Shown here: positions 38,162 to 48,459 of the stretch, in pieces
How the letters are laid out: the number at the start of each line of letters is the position of its first letter
Position numbering within the stretch: position 1 is the first letter of the stretch
From: Pseudomonadota bacterium
GTDB taxonomy: Bacteria > Pseudomonadota > Gammaproteobacteria > Burkholderiales > Burkholderiaceae_D
Reading direction: 5' to 3'
Assembly: GCA_040390195.1 (NCBI GenBank)
Contig: JAZJYV010000078.1
Location: 4,362 to 68,361, forward strand
Length of the DNA: 64,000 nt
Notes under the pieces: model-generated
Seen by the model: the letters and a program-made list of their open reading frames with translations, nothing else
Databases searched by the model: none
Told to the model about the DNA's origin: nothing
Program-made: the position numbers and the translations under genes

Positions 38162-39268
38162 TCAATCGAAGCGGTAGCTGGTCGTTGAGCGAAATTGCTG
38201 GCCGGGCGCCAGGCGCGTCGTGGGGAAGTTGGGATGGTTCGGACTGTCCGGCAGATGCTGGGTTTCGAACGCGAAGCCGTCATGGCGGCGGTAGCCCACA
38301 CCCTCGCTGCCAATCTCGCTGCCGTCAAATCCGTTGCCGCTGTTGAACTGGACCGACGGTTCCGTGCTGGCCACCCGCAAACGCCGGCCGCTGCCCGTTT
38401 CCACGATCTCGGCGACCAGCGCCAGCGCGCCATCCTTTTTTGAGAACAGCAGGGAATGGTCGAAGCCGGGCGGATCGCCCAGCAGTGCCGAGGCGCGCAG
38501 CCGTGGCATCACCGCCGCCGCTCGCCGCAAGTCGAGCGGCGTGCCCGCCACCGGCAACAACACGCCGGTCGGCACTCGCTTCGCGTCGGTTTCGGCAAAG
38601 CGCGCCGCGTGAATCGTGAAACGGTGTGTCGCCAGACCGCCGCTGCCGGCGCCGGCCAGGTTGAAGTAGGCGTGGTTGGTCAGGTTGATCACGGTCGGCG
38701 CGTCGCTGCTGGCCGCGTACTCGATCCGGAATTCATTGTGCTTGCGCAGCAGCCGGTAGGTCACGCTGATCTCGACCCGGCCCGGAAAATGCTGGTCGCC
38801 GTCGGGGCTGGTCAGCCGGTACACGGATCCGAGCGAGTCGGCGTCGGCAAAGTCGCGCCGCTGCCAGACCCGCCTGTCGAAGCCATCCGGATCGCCATGC
38901 AGGGCCGTGCCTTTGGCGTTCGGCACCAGCTCCACCGGCCGGCCATCTTGCATGAAGCGGGCGTTTCCAATGCGCCCGGCGTAGCGTCCCATGATGGCGC
39001 CGTAGCGTCGACCGGTGGCCTCGTAATCGGCCAGAGTGGGAAGGCTGAGGACCACGTTGCGACGCTGGCCGTGGCGATCGGCCACTTCGATCGCGGTCAG
39101 CGTGGCGCCGTAGTCGATGTAGGAGACGCGCATGCCGCGCAGGTTCTCCAGCGTAACGCGGCCGACCGCCTGGCCGGCGCGGGTGTGGCCCCAGTCCTGG
39201 GCCTGGATGGCGGCACCGGCGGACGCGCTGGCGCACAGCAGGCAAGCGGCCAGCGCCCGCAGTGCCAC
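38162..39268 (-). CDS. aldose 1-epimerase (mutarotase) family protein with predicted signal peptide
   Basis: Motifs GGRYGAIMGRYAGRI, LHGDPDGFDRRVW, NLTNHAYFNL and FETQHLPDSPN. The likely GTG start at 39268 gives VALRALAACLLCASASAGAA and sits immediately after the upstream stop codon. The longer track ORF would overlap the lactonase gene. Confidence 0.78.
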   Translation of the reverse strand: MALRALAACLLCASASAGAAIQAQDWGHTRAGQAVGRVTLENLRGMRVSYIDYGATLTAIEVADRHGQRRNVVLSLPTLADYEATGRRYGAIMGRYAGRIGNARFMQDGRPVELVPNAKGTALHGDPDGFDRRVWQRRDFADADSLGSVYRLTSPDGDQHFPGRVEISVTYRLLRKHNEFRIEYAASSDAPTVINLTNHAYFNLAGAGSGGLATHRFTIHAARFAETDAKRVPTGVLLPVAGTPLDLRRAAAVMPRLRASALLGDPPGFDHSLLFSKKDGALALVAEIVETGSGRRLRVASTEPSVQFNSGNGFDGSEIGSEGVGYRRHDGFAFETQHLPDSPNHPNFPTTRLAPGQQFRSTTSYRFD

Positions 39269-39269
39269 C

Positions 39270-40154
39270 CTAGCCCCGGTACAGGGTTTCGGCGACGCCC
39301 TTGACGCCGGGACGCAGCAGGAGCGTCGCTCCGGCCCAGCCGTCGCCAGGCGCCGCGCCGGCGCCAATCGAAGTCACCAGCAGCGTGTCGAGATCGGGGC
39401 CGCCAAAGCTGCACATCGACGGTTTGGCCATCGGCAGCTCAATCTTGCGGTCGAGCGTGCCCTCGGGCGTGAAGCGCAGCAGGCAACCGCCGTCGTTACC
39501 GCAGATCCAGTAGCAGCCTTCGCTGTCGACGGCCGCGCCGTCGGGACGACCGGGCAGTGCGTTCATGTCGACGAACAGGCGCCGGTTGTGCGGTATGCCT
39601 TCGTCGGTGTCGTAGTCGAACGACCAGATCAACTGGCGCGCGCCATGCGAGTCGGACAGGTACATGGTGCGTCCATCGGGCGAGAACGCCAGTCCGTTCT
39701 GGGTGATCAGGCCCGACACGATCGGCTCGGACAGTCCATCCTGGGCGCTGTAGCGGTACAGCTGGCCAACCGGGCTGGCGGCGGCCATGTCCATGAACAT
39801 GGTGCCGCTCCAGAAGCGGCCCTGGCGGTCGCAGCGCCCGTCATTGAAGCGCATGCCGGGGCCCAGCTCGGGCGGCGCCGCCAGCAGCGTCGGCGTCGCC
39901 ATCTGCTCTTCGCCCAGCGCCAGGCTGAAGATGCCGCTCTCCATGCCGGCGATCACGCCGCCGCTGTCCTTGAAGGCGAGGCAGGCCACCATCTCGGTGC
40001 CGTGCCAGTTGCGCAGCGCGCCGCTGGCCGCATCCAGGCGCCAGATGCGGCGCGCCGGTATATCCACCCAGTACCACGCGTTTTCAAGCGCGTTCCAGAC
40101 CGGGCATTCGCCCACCGTGCACGTCATGTCGCTGACGCGTTCCATACTGACCAT
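39270..40154 (-). CDS. SMP-30/gluconolactonase/LRE family lactonase (probable uronolactonase)
   Basis: CTVGECPVWN, RFNDGRCD, NGLAFSPDG and PDGAAVDSEGCYW motifs of the six-bladed propeller lactonases. Confidence 0.85.
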   Translation of the reverse strand: MVSMERVSDMTCTVGECPVWNALENAWYWVDIPARRIWRLDAASGALRNWHGTEMVACLAFKDSGGVIAGMESGIFSLALGEEQMATPTLLAAPPELGPGMRFNDGRCDRQGRFWSGTMFMDMAAASPVGQLYRYSAQDGLSEPIVSGLITQNGLAFSPDGRTMYLSDSHGARQLIWSFDYDTDEGIPHNRRLFVDMNALPGRPDGAAVDSEGCYWICGNDGGCLLRFTPEGTLDRKIELPMAKPSMCSFGGPDLDTLLVTSIGAGAAPGDGWAGATLLLRPGVKGVAETLYRG

Positions 40155-40164
40155 CGTTGCCGCC

Positions 40165-41517
40165 TTATAAATCGGTGATTTCCTTGTGCGCCGGGACCAG
40201 CGTCTTCATGATGCACCAGGCCAGCAAGTAGACCACGGCGCAGCCCGAGAACATGATCATGTAGCCCGTTTCAAGATGCCCCTGCCCCTTGTAGTAGTCG
40301 AACAGCCAGCCGCCGATCTTGGTGATCAATACGCCGCCAAGGCCGCCGGCCATGCCGCCGATGCCAACCACCGAGCCGACCGAGTGCTTCGGGAACATGT
40401 CCGACACGGTCGTAAACAGATTGGCCGACCAGGCCTGGTGCGCCGAAGCCCCGACACCGATCAGCAGCACCGGCACCCAGTAGCTGTAGTGGCCAAGCGG
40501 CTGGGCCGCCAGCACCACCAGCGGGAAAAAGGCGATCGTCAGCATGGCCTTCATGCGCCCGTTGTAGGCGCTGTCGCCACGCTTGATGAAGTAGGCGGGG
40601 AACCAGCCGCCGCCGATGCTGCCGACCATCGTCATGCTGTACAACACAGCCAGCGGCACGACGATCGCGGTCTGGCCCATGTGGTACTGCTCGGACAGGA
40701 ATTTCGGCAGCCAAAACAGGAAGAACCACCACACGCCGTCGGTGAGGAATTTGGCGATCGTAAACGACCATGTCTGGCGATAGCCGAGCAATTTGAACCA
40801 GGACGCCTTGGCCAGCGGCGCCGCCTCCTGCACCGCATCGCTGTTGATGTAGGCCAGTTCGTCGGCCGTCATGCGCTTCTGGCGCGCCGGCGTGTCGTAG
40901 AACAGGTTCCACACGCCCATCCAGATGAATCCGATCGCACCGATCAGGATGAAGGTCGCTTCCCAGCCCCAGGCTTCGGCGATCATCGGCACCGTCAGCG
41001 GCGCCAGGATCGCGCCGACATTGGCGCCCGAGTTGAAAATACCGGTCGCGAACGAGCGCTCCTTGCGCGGGAAATAGTCGGCCGTGGCCTTGATCGCGGC
41101 CGGGAAGTTGCCCGCTTCGCCCAGCGCCAGCACCGCACGGCCGAACATGAAGCCGGCAATCGAGACTGGAATTGCAGCGATCCCCAGCGAGGTCAGCACG
41201 TTGTTGACGGCGACCCCGGTGCTGAGCGCAAACGCATGCGAGATGGCACCGATCGACCAGATGCCGATCGCCAGCAGGTAGGCGCGCTTGGTGCCGATCT
41301 TGTCGATCACGCGGCCGGCAAACAGCATGGCGATCGCGTACACGAACTGGAATGTCGACGTGATGTTGGCGTAGTCGGTATTGGTCCAGCCGAATTTGGC
41401 CGACAGGTCCGAAGCCAGCAGGCTCAAAACCTGGCGATCCAGGTAGTTGACGGTGGTTGCGAAGAACAACAGGGCACAGATGGTCCACCTGTATTTGCCG
41501 ATGGCTTGCTGATTCAT
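40165..41517 (-). CDS. MFS transporter, hexuronate (ExuT)-like
   Basis: MNQQAIGKYRWTICALLFFATTVNYLDRQVLS is the typical ACS/ExuT N-terminus. About 12 hydrophobic segments. Confidence 0.85.
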   Translation of the reverse strand: MNQQAIGKYRWTICALLFFATTVNYLDRQVLSLLASDLSAKFGWTNTDYANITSTFQFVYAIAMLFAGRVIDKIGTKRAYLLAIGIWSIGAISHAFALSTGVAVNNVLTSLGIAAIPVSIAGFMFGRAVLALGEAGNFPAAIKATADYFPRKERSFATGIFNSGANVGAILAPLTVPMIAEAWGWEATFILIGAIGFIWMGVWNLFYDTPARQKRMTADELAYINSDAVQEAAPLAKASWFKLLGYRQTWSFTIAKFLTDGVWWFFLFWLPKFLSEQYHMGQTAIVVPLAVLYSMTMVGSIGGGWFPAYFIKRGDSAYNGRMKAMLTIAFFPLVVLAAQPLGHYSYWVPVLLIGVGASAHQAWSANLFTTVSDMFPKHSVGSVVGIGGMAGGLGGVLITKIGGWLFDYYKGQGHLETGYMIMFSGCAVVYLLAWCIMKTLVPAHKEITDL

Positions 41518-41632
41518 TTGATCAGGCCTTTATGGTTGTCAAGTTGAACCCGGCGTCTCCACACCGGGCTTTAATGCCGTCGCTCTCGTGCCGGCGGAAA
41601 CCCATGCCGGCGCCCTTTCCGGCGCAGCATGG

Positions 41633-41652
41633 ATTCCCGCCGGCGCGGGAAT
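41633..41652. repeat. ATTCCC-N8-GGGAAT hairpin repeat (REP-like)
   Basis: attcccgccggcgcgggaat in the MFS/KGSADH intergenic region. This type of repeat produces the spurious RRRGND-type ORFs common in Burkholderiales. Only a single copy was seen here. Confidence 0.4.
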
Positions 41653-41658
41653 GACTTA

Positions 41659-43239
41659 TTACTTTGCCAGTTGCAGCTCGCCGTCGATCAGGCGCGCCAG
41701 GCCCAGCGGGTTGGCAGGGGCAATCGCGGCCGGCAGCAGGTCGACCGGCACGTTCTGATAACATACCGGCCGCAGGAAGCGGTCGATGGCGCTGGCGCCA
41801 ACCGAGGTGCTGCGGCTGTCCGAGGTGGCCGGGAACGGGCCGCCATGAACCATCGCGTGCGACACCTCGACCCCGGTCGGGTAGGCGTTGAACAGGATGC
41901 GGCCGGCCTTGCGCTCGAGCGTGGGCATGAGCGTGTTGGCCAGCGCACTGTCGGCCGCGACCGCATGCACCGTTGCCGTCAGCTGGCCTTCGACGTGGCG
42001 CGCCACCTGGCGCAACTGGTCGGCGTCGGCGCAGCGCACCAGCAGCGCGCACGGGCCGAAGATTTCGTCTTCCAGCGCCGGGCTCGACAAGTAGGTCTGC
42101 GCCTCGCACAGGTACAACGCCGCCTGCGCCGCGCAGCCGGCGCCTTCACGCTGGCCTTGCGCGACCAGTTGCACGCCGTCGACGCCGGACAGGCGTTCAA
42201 TGCCGCCAGTGTATGCCTTGTGGATGCCCGGCGTGAGCATGGTGCCGGCACCCTTGGCCTGCAGCGCGACGCCAGCGGCGGCGACGAACTGGTCGAAATC
42301 GGCACCGGCCAGGCCGAGCACCAGGCCCGGATTGGTGCAGAACTGGCCGACGCCGAGCGTGAGCGAATCGACGAAACCCTGGGCCAGCGCCGCGCCGCTC
42401 GAAGCGAGCGCGCCCGGCAGCATGAACACCGGATTAATCGAGCTCATTTCAGCGTACACGGGAATCGGTTCCTTGCGCGCGGCCGCGGTGCGCATCAGTG
42501 CCACGCCGCCCTGGCGCGAACCGGTGAAGCCGACCGCCTTGACGGCCGGATGGCCAACCAAGCTCTGGCCGATCTGGCGACCATCGCCGAACAGCATCGA
42601 GAACACGCCTTCCGGCAGGGCGCAATCGGCGACCGCCTTTTGCACCGCGCGTCCGACCAGCTCCGAGGTGCCAAGGTGGGCACCGTGGGCCTTGACGATC
42701 ACCGGGCAGCCGGCCGCCAGGGCCGAGGCGGTGTCGCCGCCAGCCACCGAGAACGCCAGCGGGAAATTGCTGGCGCCGAACACCACCACCGGGCCCAATG
42801 CAATCTTGCGCAGGCGCAGATCGGGCCGCGGCGGCGCGCGATCGGGCAGCGCCGAATCGATCGTCGCGTGCAGCCAGTGGCCGTCGCGCACCACCTTGGC
42901 GAACAGGCGCAGCTGGTTCACGGTGCGTCCGCGCTCGCCTTCGAGGCGGGCGGCAGGCAAGCCGCTCTCCTGCGAGGCCCGCTCGATCAGCAGCGGGCCG
43001 ATCGCCAGGATGTTCTCGGCGATCTTTTCAAGGAAGGCGGCGCGCTGTTCGAGCGTCGTTTCGCGGTAGGCGTCGAAGGCTTGTTCGGCCAGCGCGCAAG
43101 CGGCGTCGACGTCAGCCTGGGTGGCCAGGCCGAACGACGGCTCGATGCTCGCGTTGCGCGCCGGGTCGATCGCTTGCACGACGCCTGCCGTGCCGCGCAC
43201 GCTGCGCTGGCCAATGACCATTTCGCCGGTAATGTGCAT
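41659..43239 (-). CDS. alpha-ketoglutaric semialdehyde (2,5-dioxovalerate) dehydrogenase
   Basis: 526 aa. The N-terminus [16 protein letters not shown]... and length match the KGSADH subgroup of ALDHs. Catalytic GQFCTNPG motif. AGGAG RBS. Confidence 0.83.
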   Translation of the reverse strand: MHITGEMVIGQRSVRGTAGVVQAIDPARNASIEPSFGLATQADVDAACALAEQAFDAYRETTLEQRAAFLEKIAENILAIGPLLIERASQESGLPAARLEGERGRTVNQLRLFAKVVRDGHWLHATIDSALPDRAPPRPDLRLRKIALGPVVVFGASNFPLAFSVAGGDTASALAAGCPVIVKAHGAHLGTSELVGRAVQKAVADCALPEGVFSMLFGDGRQIGQSLVGHPAVKAVGFTGSRQGGVALMRTAAARKEPIPVYAEMSSINPVFMLPGALASSGAALAQGFVDSLTLGVGQFCTNPGLVLGLAGADFDQFVAAAGVALQAKGAGTMLTPGIHKAYTGGIERLSGVDGVQLVAQGQREGAGCAAQAALYLCEAQTYLSSPALEDEIFGPCALLVRCADADQLRQVARHVEGQLTATVHAVAADSALANTLMPTLERKAGRILFNAYPTGVEVSHAMVHGGPFPATSDSRSTSVGASAIDRFLRPVCYQNVPVDLLPAAIAPANPLGLARLIDGELQLAK

Positions 43240-43266
43240 GTACTGCTCCTGAATCTGTGAGTTGAA

Positions 43267-44178
43267 TTATTGGGCGCCCTGGGCGCGGATCAGCTTGAGC
43301 AGCATCGCATCTTCTTCCGCCGTCAGGTCGGTCAAAGGCGTGCGCACCGGACCGCCGCTGTGGCCGACCAGGCGCGCGCCGGCCTTGACGATGCTCACTG
43401 CGTAGCCGGCCTTGCGGTTGCGGATCTCCAGGTACGGCAGGAAGAACTGGTCGAGCAGGCGGTTGGTCGTGGCATGGTCGTCGGCCGCGACGGCATGGTA
43501 GAAGTCCATCGCCAGCTGCGGCATGAAGTTGAACACGGCCGAGGAATACACGGGCACGCCCAGCGCCTTGTACGCTGCCGCGTAGACTTCCGCGGTTGGC
43601 AGGCCGCCCAGGTAACTGAAGCGGTCTCCCATGCGACGCCAGATCGACACCATCAATTCGATGTCGCCAATGCCGTCCTTGAAGCCGATCAGGTTCGGGC
43701 AGCGCCCGGCCAGTTTCTCGAGCGAGTCGGGCGTGAGGCGGCACACGCCGCGGTTGTACACCACCACCCCGAAGTCGACCGATTTGCAGACCGCCTCGAC
43801 GTGCGCCACCAGGCCATCCTGGCTCGCTTCGGTCAGGTAGTGCGGCAGCAGCAGCACGCCCTGGGCGCCGAGGCGCTCTGCCTCTTGCGCGCAGGCGATG
43901 GCGCTGCGGGTCGGGCCGCCGGCACCGGCCAGGATCGGCACCTTGCCATGGCAGGTGTCGACCGCGACCTTGATCACGTCCGAGAACTCGGGCGCCGTCA
44001 GCGAGAAGAACTCGCCGGTGCCGCCGGCGGCGAACAGGGCGCTGGCGCCGTAGGGGGCGAGCCACTCGAGGCGCTCGGCGTAGGTGGCAGGGTTGAAATT
44101 GCCGGCCGCGTCGAAGTCGGTGATCGGGAAGGAGAGCAGGCCGGACGAGAGGATTTGTTTGAGTTCTTGGGGATTCAT
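43267..44178 (-). CDS. kdgD: 5-dehydro-4-deoxyglucarate dehydratase
   Basis: ATG at 44178. [24 protein letters not shown] and GFKDGIGD (Schiff-base Lys region) are DapA-fold KdgD signatures. Confidence 0.9.
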   Translation of the reverse strand: MNPQELKQILSSGLLSFPITDFDAAGNFNPATYAERLEWLAPYGASALFAAGGTGEFFSLTAPEFSDVIKVAVDTCHGKVPILAGAGGPTRSAIACAQEAERLGAQGVLLLPHYLTEASQDGLVAHVEAVCKSVDFGVVVYNRGVCRLTPDSLEKLAGRCPNLIGFKDGIGDIELMVSIWRRMGDRFSYLGGLPTAEVYAAAYKALGVPVYSSAVFNFMPQLAMDFYHAVAADDHATTNRLLDQFFLPYLEIRNRKAGYAVSIVKAGARLVGHSGGPVRTPLTDLTAEEDAMLLKLIRAQGAQ

Positions 44179-44253
44179 GAAGAGAGGCTCCTGGGGGTGT
44201 TGTCGTTGTTCTGGACTAAGTGATGCGTTATCGTACAACTTGATTCAAGATAA

Positions 44254-44273
44254 GGCAAGCATTAAAGCTTGCC
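44254..44273 (-). terminator. hairpin downstream of the GntR-family gene (ggcaagc-tttaat-gcttgcc, then ttatctt)
   Basis: 7-bp stem with a weak U tract. Assigned by position only. Confidence 0.3.
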
Positions 44274-44281
44274 CGCACCGT

Positions 44282-45031
44282 TTAGCTGGCGCCCGCCTCG
44301 ATCCGCAGCTGGGCCTGGCGCAGACGCTCGCGGCTGTTGCTCAGGTGGGTGCGCATGGCCGCGCGGGCCGCCTCCTGGTCCTGGCGCAAGATGGCGCTGT
44401 AGATGTCCTCGTGCTCGCGGTTCACCCGCACCAGGTAGTCGGCCGGCCGGTCCTGCTGCTCCATGCCGGGGGTGTTGACGCGCGCACGGGGGATGATGGT
44501 GTTGCCCAGCTGGCTGAGGATTTCCACGAAATAGCGGTTGCCGGTGGCTTGGGCGATCAGCAGGTGGAACTGGACGTCGGCCTCGACCGAGGCCTTGCCT
44601 TGTGCCGTGGCAGTTTGCATGTCGGCCAGCGCGCGGCCCAGCGCCTGCACCTGCTCCTCGCTGCGGCGCGCCGCCGCCAGCCAGGCCGCCTCGGTCTCCA
44701 TGCTGATGCGCAGCTCGAGGATGGCCAGCACGTCGAGCACGGTGAAAATGCTGTCGGCGCCGATGCCCAGTCCGGACTGGGGACGCTCGAGCACGAAGGT
44801 GCCGATGCCGTGGCGGGTTTGCGCCAGACCGGCCGCCTGCAGGTGCGAGATCGCCTCGCGCACCACCGTGCGGCTCACGCCGTGCAGCGCCATGATGGCC
44901 GACTCGGTGGGCAGCTTGTCGCCTGGCTTGAGCAAGCCTTGCTGGATCTGGTTGGTGATGTCTTCAATCACGCCCTGGGCGAGGTTGCGATGCTTCTTGC
45001 GCGGGAATGGCGAGGCAGGGGCTGTGTTCAT
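44282..45031 (-). CDS. GntR/FadR family transcriptional regulator (FCD domain)
   Basis: ATG at 45031. LKPGDKLPTESAIMALHGVSRTVVREAISHLQAAGL is a GntR wHTH, followed by an FCD-like C-terminus. Confidence 0.88.
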   Translation of the reverse strand: MNTAPASPFPRKKHRNLAQGVIEDITNQIQQGLLKPGDKLPTESAIMALHGVSRTVVREAISHLQAAGLAQTRHGIGTFVLERPQSGLGIGADSIFTVLDVLAILELRISMETEAAWLAAARRSEEQVQALGRALADMQTATAQGKASVEADVQFHLLIAQATGNRYFVEILSQLGNTIIPRARVNTPGMEQQDRPADYLVRVNREHEDIYSAILRQDQEAARAAMRTHLSNSRERLRQAQLRIEAGAS

Positions 45032-45152
45032 CGGTGTGTGGTGAGTAGGGGAAGATGCCTGATTATACACTTGTTGTAGGACATCTTATCACAAGACATC
45101 CATACCACTGGACCGATTTCCTTGTCAGCACGGTGGCGGCGTATACTTCGGC

Positions 45153-45422
45153 ATGACCTCGTCCGCTCCCCTCTCCTGCCGGCCCGGCTGCGGCGCTTGC
45201 TGCACCGCGCCCTCGATTTCTTCGCCGATCCCTGGCATGCCGAACGGCAAGCCGGCCGGCATGCGCTGCATCCAGCTCGACGACGCCAACGGCTGCAAGA
45301 TTTTCGGCCAGCCGGCGCGCCCGGCCGTGTGCGCCAGCTTGCAAGCGTCGGCCGAGATGTGCGGCGCCACGCGCGAACATGCGATGCATTTTCTGGCCAC
45401 GCTGGAGCGCCTGACCTCCTGA
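45153..45422 (+). CDS. YkgJ family cysteine-cluster protein
   Basis: 89 aa with CRPGCGACC near the N-terminus and further Cys residues (CIQL...GCKIF...CASL). Confidence 0.72.
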   Translation: MTSSAPLSCRPGCGACCTAPSISSPIPGMPNGKPAGMRCIQLDDANGCKIFGQPARPAVCASLQASAEMCGATREHAMHFLATLERLTS

Positions 45423-45540
45423 AAAATCAGGCTGCGCTTGCGCCCGGATCAACGACGCCGGCCGCGCGCATGGTAAGCTTCGTCGCCGCATCCCGCACGC
45501 CCGCGCGGCACATTTCCCGACAACCACACAAATCGACTTC

Positions 45541-46374
45541 ATGGACCTCATTTTCGCGCTAAAAGCCATCATCATGGGACTGGTGGAAGGCTTCACCGAA
45601 TTCTTGCCCATTTCCTCGACCGGGCACCTGATCGTCGCCGGCAGCCTGCTCAATTTCACGGGCGAAAAAATCAAAGTATTCGAGATCGCGATCCAGGCCG
45701 CCGCCATGCTCGCCATTATGTGGGAGTACCGGGTCAAAATCGGCAGCGTGCTGGCCGGCCTGGGCAGCGACGCGAAGGCCCAGCGCTTCACCTTGAACCT
45801 GGTGGTCGCCTTCCTGCCGGCCGCAATCCTCGGCCTGGCATTCAACTCGGCCATCAAGGCCAAGCTGTTCGCGCCGGTGCCGGTGGCGCTGGCCTTCATC
45901 GTTGGCGGCCTGATCATCCTGTGGGTCGAGCGCCGCAACGCCAGCCGGCCGCGCGCCGCGCGCATCGAATCGGTCGACGAGATGAGTCCACTGGACGCCT
46001 TCAAGATCGGCTGCGCCCAGGCGTTCGCGCTGATTCCCGGCACCAGCCGCTCGGGCGCGACCATCATCGGCGGCATGCTGTTCGGCCTGTCGCGCAAGGC
46101 GGCCACCGAGTTCTCCTTTTTCCTGGCCATCCCGACCTTGCTGGCAGCGACCGTGTATTCGGTCTACAAGGAGCGCGCGCTGCTGTCGGCGTCCGACCTG
46201 CCCCTGTTCGGCATCGGCGCCTTGGCCTCCTTCGTATCGGCCTTCCTGTGCGTGCGCTGGCTGCTGCGCTACATCAGCTCGCACGACTTCAGCGCCTTCG
46301 CCTGGTACCGCATCGTGTTCGGTGTGCTGATCGTGGCCAGTTCCCACTACGGTTGGGTGGTCTGGGCTGAGTAA
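45541..46374 (+). CDS. uppP: undecaprenyl-diphosphate phosphatase
   Basis: [18 protein letters not shown] and [10 protein letters not shown] motifs. 277 aa polytopic membrane protein. Confidence 0.92.
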   Translation: MDLIFALKAIIMGLVEGFTEFLPISSTGHLIVAGSLLNFTGEKIKVFEIAIQAAAMLAIMWEYRVKIGSVLAGLGSDAKAQRFTLNLVVAFLPAAILGLAFNSAIKAKLFAPVPVALAFIVGGLIILWVERRNASRPRAARIESVDEMSPLDAFKIGCAQAFALIPGTSRSGATIIGGMLFGLSRKAATEFSFFLAIPTLLAATVYSVYKERALLSASDLPLFGIGALASFVSAFLCVRWLLRYISSHDFSAFAWYRIVFGVLIVASSHYGWVVWAE

Positions 46375-46378
46375 TAAC

Positions 46379-48202
46379 ATGAACACCGAGATCGGCGCGC
46401 GCGCGCTGGAACAGCTGCAGACCGTGTTCGGCTACCCCGCATTTCGCGGACAGCAGGCCGAGGTTGTCGAGCACGTGGCCGGCGGCGGCGACGCCCTGGT
46501 CCTGATGCCAACCGGCGGCGGCAAGTCGCTGTGCTACCAGATACCGGCATTGATCCGCAATGGCGTCGGGGTGGTGGTGTCGCCGCTGATCGCGCTGATG
46601 CAGGACCAGGTCGACGCGCTGGCCGAAGTGGGCGTGCGCGCCGCCTTCCTGAACTCGACCCAGACGTTCGAGGAGTCGATGCGCATCGAACGCCAGGTGC
46701 GCATGGGCGAGATCGACCTGGTGTACGTGGCGCCGGAGCGGTTGATGACGCCGCGCTGCCTGGAGCTGTTCGAGGCGTCCAACATCGCCCTGTTCGCGAT
46801 CGACGAGGCGCACTGCGTCTCGCAATGGGGCCACGATTTCCGGCCCGAGTACATCAAGCTGTCGATCCTGCACGAACGCTTCCCGGCCGTGCCGCGCATC
46901 GCGCTCACCGCCACCGCCGACCACCAGACGCGCGCCGAAATCACGCTGCGCCTGCAACTGGGCGATGCGCGCCAGTTCGTCTCCTCGTTCGACCGGCCCA
47001 ACATCCGCTACCAGATTGTCGAGAAGGCCAACGGCCGCAAGCAACTGCTCGACTTCATCACCAGCGAACATGGCGGCGACGCCGGCATCGTCTACTGCCT
47101 CTCGCGCAAGAAAGTCGAGGAGACGGCCGAATTCCTGAACGAGAACGGCATCCGGGCGCTGCCCTACCACGCCGGCATGGATTATCCGAAGCGCAGCAAG
47201 AACCAGGCGCGCTTCCTGCGCGAGGACGCCATCGTGATGGTCGCCACGATCGCCTTCGGCATGGGTATCGACAAGCCCGACGTGCGCTTTGTGTGCCACC
47301 TCGATCTGCCCAAGAGCATCGAAGGCTACTACCAGGAGACCGGGCGCGCGGGGCGCGACGGCGAGCCGGCGTCGGCCTGGATGGCCTACGGCCTGCAAGA
47401 CGTGGTCCTGCAGCGGCGCATGATCGACGAATCGGAGGCCGACGAGACGTTCAAGCGCGTGTTGTCGGTGAAGCTCGACGCCATGCTCGGCCTGTGCGAA
47501 ACGCTCAGCTGCCGGCGCACCCGCCTGCTCGAGTATTTCGGCGAGCAGTCAACGCCCTGCGGCAATTGTGATACCTGCCTGATTCCGCCCGTTTCGTTCG
47601 ACGGCACGGTGCCAGTGCAAAAGCTGCTCTCGGCGATTTACCGGGTCGACCAGCGCTTCGCGGCCGGCCATGTGATCGACGTGTTGCGCGGGGTCGAATC
47701 GGAGCGCGTCAGGCAGTGGCACCACAATGCGCTGTCGGTGTTTGGCATCGGCGGCGAGCGCGCGGAAGCAGAATGGCGCGCCATTTTGCGCCAGGCCATC
47801 GCGCTCGGCCTGGTGACGGTGGACCACGAAGTCTACAGCTCCTTGAAGCTGACCGATGCCGCGCGCCCGGTGCTCAAGGGCGGTCAGAAGGTGCAACTGC
47901 GCCAGTACCAGAAGCCGGTCAAGCAAAAGCGCGCCACCACGGCCGCCGCCAAGGGCTACATCGAGAGCGACCTGTCCAATTCGGAGCAGGCGATCTTCGA
48001 CAAACTGCGCTGGTGGAGAGTCGAGACCGCGCGTTCGCACAACGTGCCTGCGTATGTGATTTTCGTCGACGCCACACTGCGCGAAATCGCCAAGGCCAAA
48101 CCGACGTCACTACAGGCCTTGCGCGGGGTGACCGGGGTCGGCGAGAAGAAGCTGGTCTCCTATGGCGAAGAGATCGTCGCCATGATCATCGAGATGAGCT
48201 AG
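46379..48202 (+). CDS. recQ: ATP-dependent DNA helicase RecQ
   Basis: [27 protein letters not shown] and [17 protein letters not shown], a zinc-binding Cys cluster (CRR...CGNCDTC) and a C-terminal HRDC domain. Confidence 0.93.
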   Translation: MNTEIGARALEQLQTVFGYPAFRGQQAEVVEHVAGGGDALVLMPTGGGKSLCYQIPALIRNGVGVVVSPLIALMQDQVDALAEVGVRAAFLNSTQTFEESMRIERQVRMGEIDLVYVAPERLMTPRCLELFEASNIALFAIDEAHCVSQWGHDFRPEYIKLSILHERFPAVPRIALTATADHQTRAEITLRLQLGDARQFVSSFDRPNIRYQIVEKANGRKQLLDFITSEHGGDAGIVYCLSRKKVEETAEFLNENGIRALPYHAGMDYPKRSKNQARFLREDAIVMVATIAFGMGIDKPDVRFVCHLDLPKSIEGYYQETGRAGRDGEPASAWMAYGLQDVVLQRRMIDESEADETFKRVLSVKLDAMLGLCETLSCRRTRLLEYFGEQSTPCGNCDTCLIPPVSFDGTVPVQKLLSAIYRVDQRFAAGHVIDVLRGVESERVRQWHHNALSVFGIGGERAEAEWRAILRQAIALGLVTVDHEVYSSLKLTDAARPVLKGGQKVQLRQYQKPVKQKRATTAAAKGYIESDLSNSEQAIFDKLRWWRVETARSHNVPAYVIFVDATLREIAKAKPTSLQALRGVTGVGEKKLVSYGEEIVAMIIEMS

Positions 48203-48220
48203 CACGCGTCGCATTCAAAA

Positions 48221-48250
48221 GGCGCTCGCCCCTTGGGGGTTCCACCCCAC
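48221..48250. repeat. solo half-copy of the REP/BIME-like element
   Basis: ggcgctcgccccttgggggttccaccccac resembles the right arm of copy 1 (gcgctcgcccccttggggttccacccgac). Confidence 0.45.
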
Positions 48251-48459
48251 GGGCTTGCGAATACATTCAGCATGGGTCCGCGTTCGCGAGGACGACGTTG
48301 GTTCACTATTTTGAGCTTAACCCAGGCCGCGAATTCGGCATGACCGCATGCTCACTGGACTTCTCGCGTCAACTCATTTATTCCGGACACCAGTGCGCGA
48401 AGGCGGGAACCCATCGATCGCCGAATGAGAAGCATGACATGGGGGGAGCGTCAGGTGGC

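Noticed and set aside
41633-41652. ATTCCC-N8-GGGAAT matches the formula of Neisseria dRS3 repeats, which are phage or IS110 integration targets.
   Set aside because: There is only one copy in 64 kb and no associated recombinase or prophage. The sequence is better explained as the common Burkholderiales REP hairpin that generates spurious RRRGND-type ORFs.
44239-44249. Palindrome CTTGATTCAAG upstream of kdgD, and the CTTGT...ACAAG inverted repeat upstream of the GntR-family gene (about 45070..45100), considered as candidate GntR operators.
   Set aside because: The two sites share only a 4-5 nt core and do not match the FadR-type consensus I know (TGGT-N-ACCA-like). The evidence is too weak to call a feature, though it is worth a motif search.
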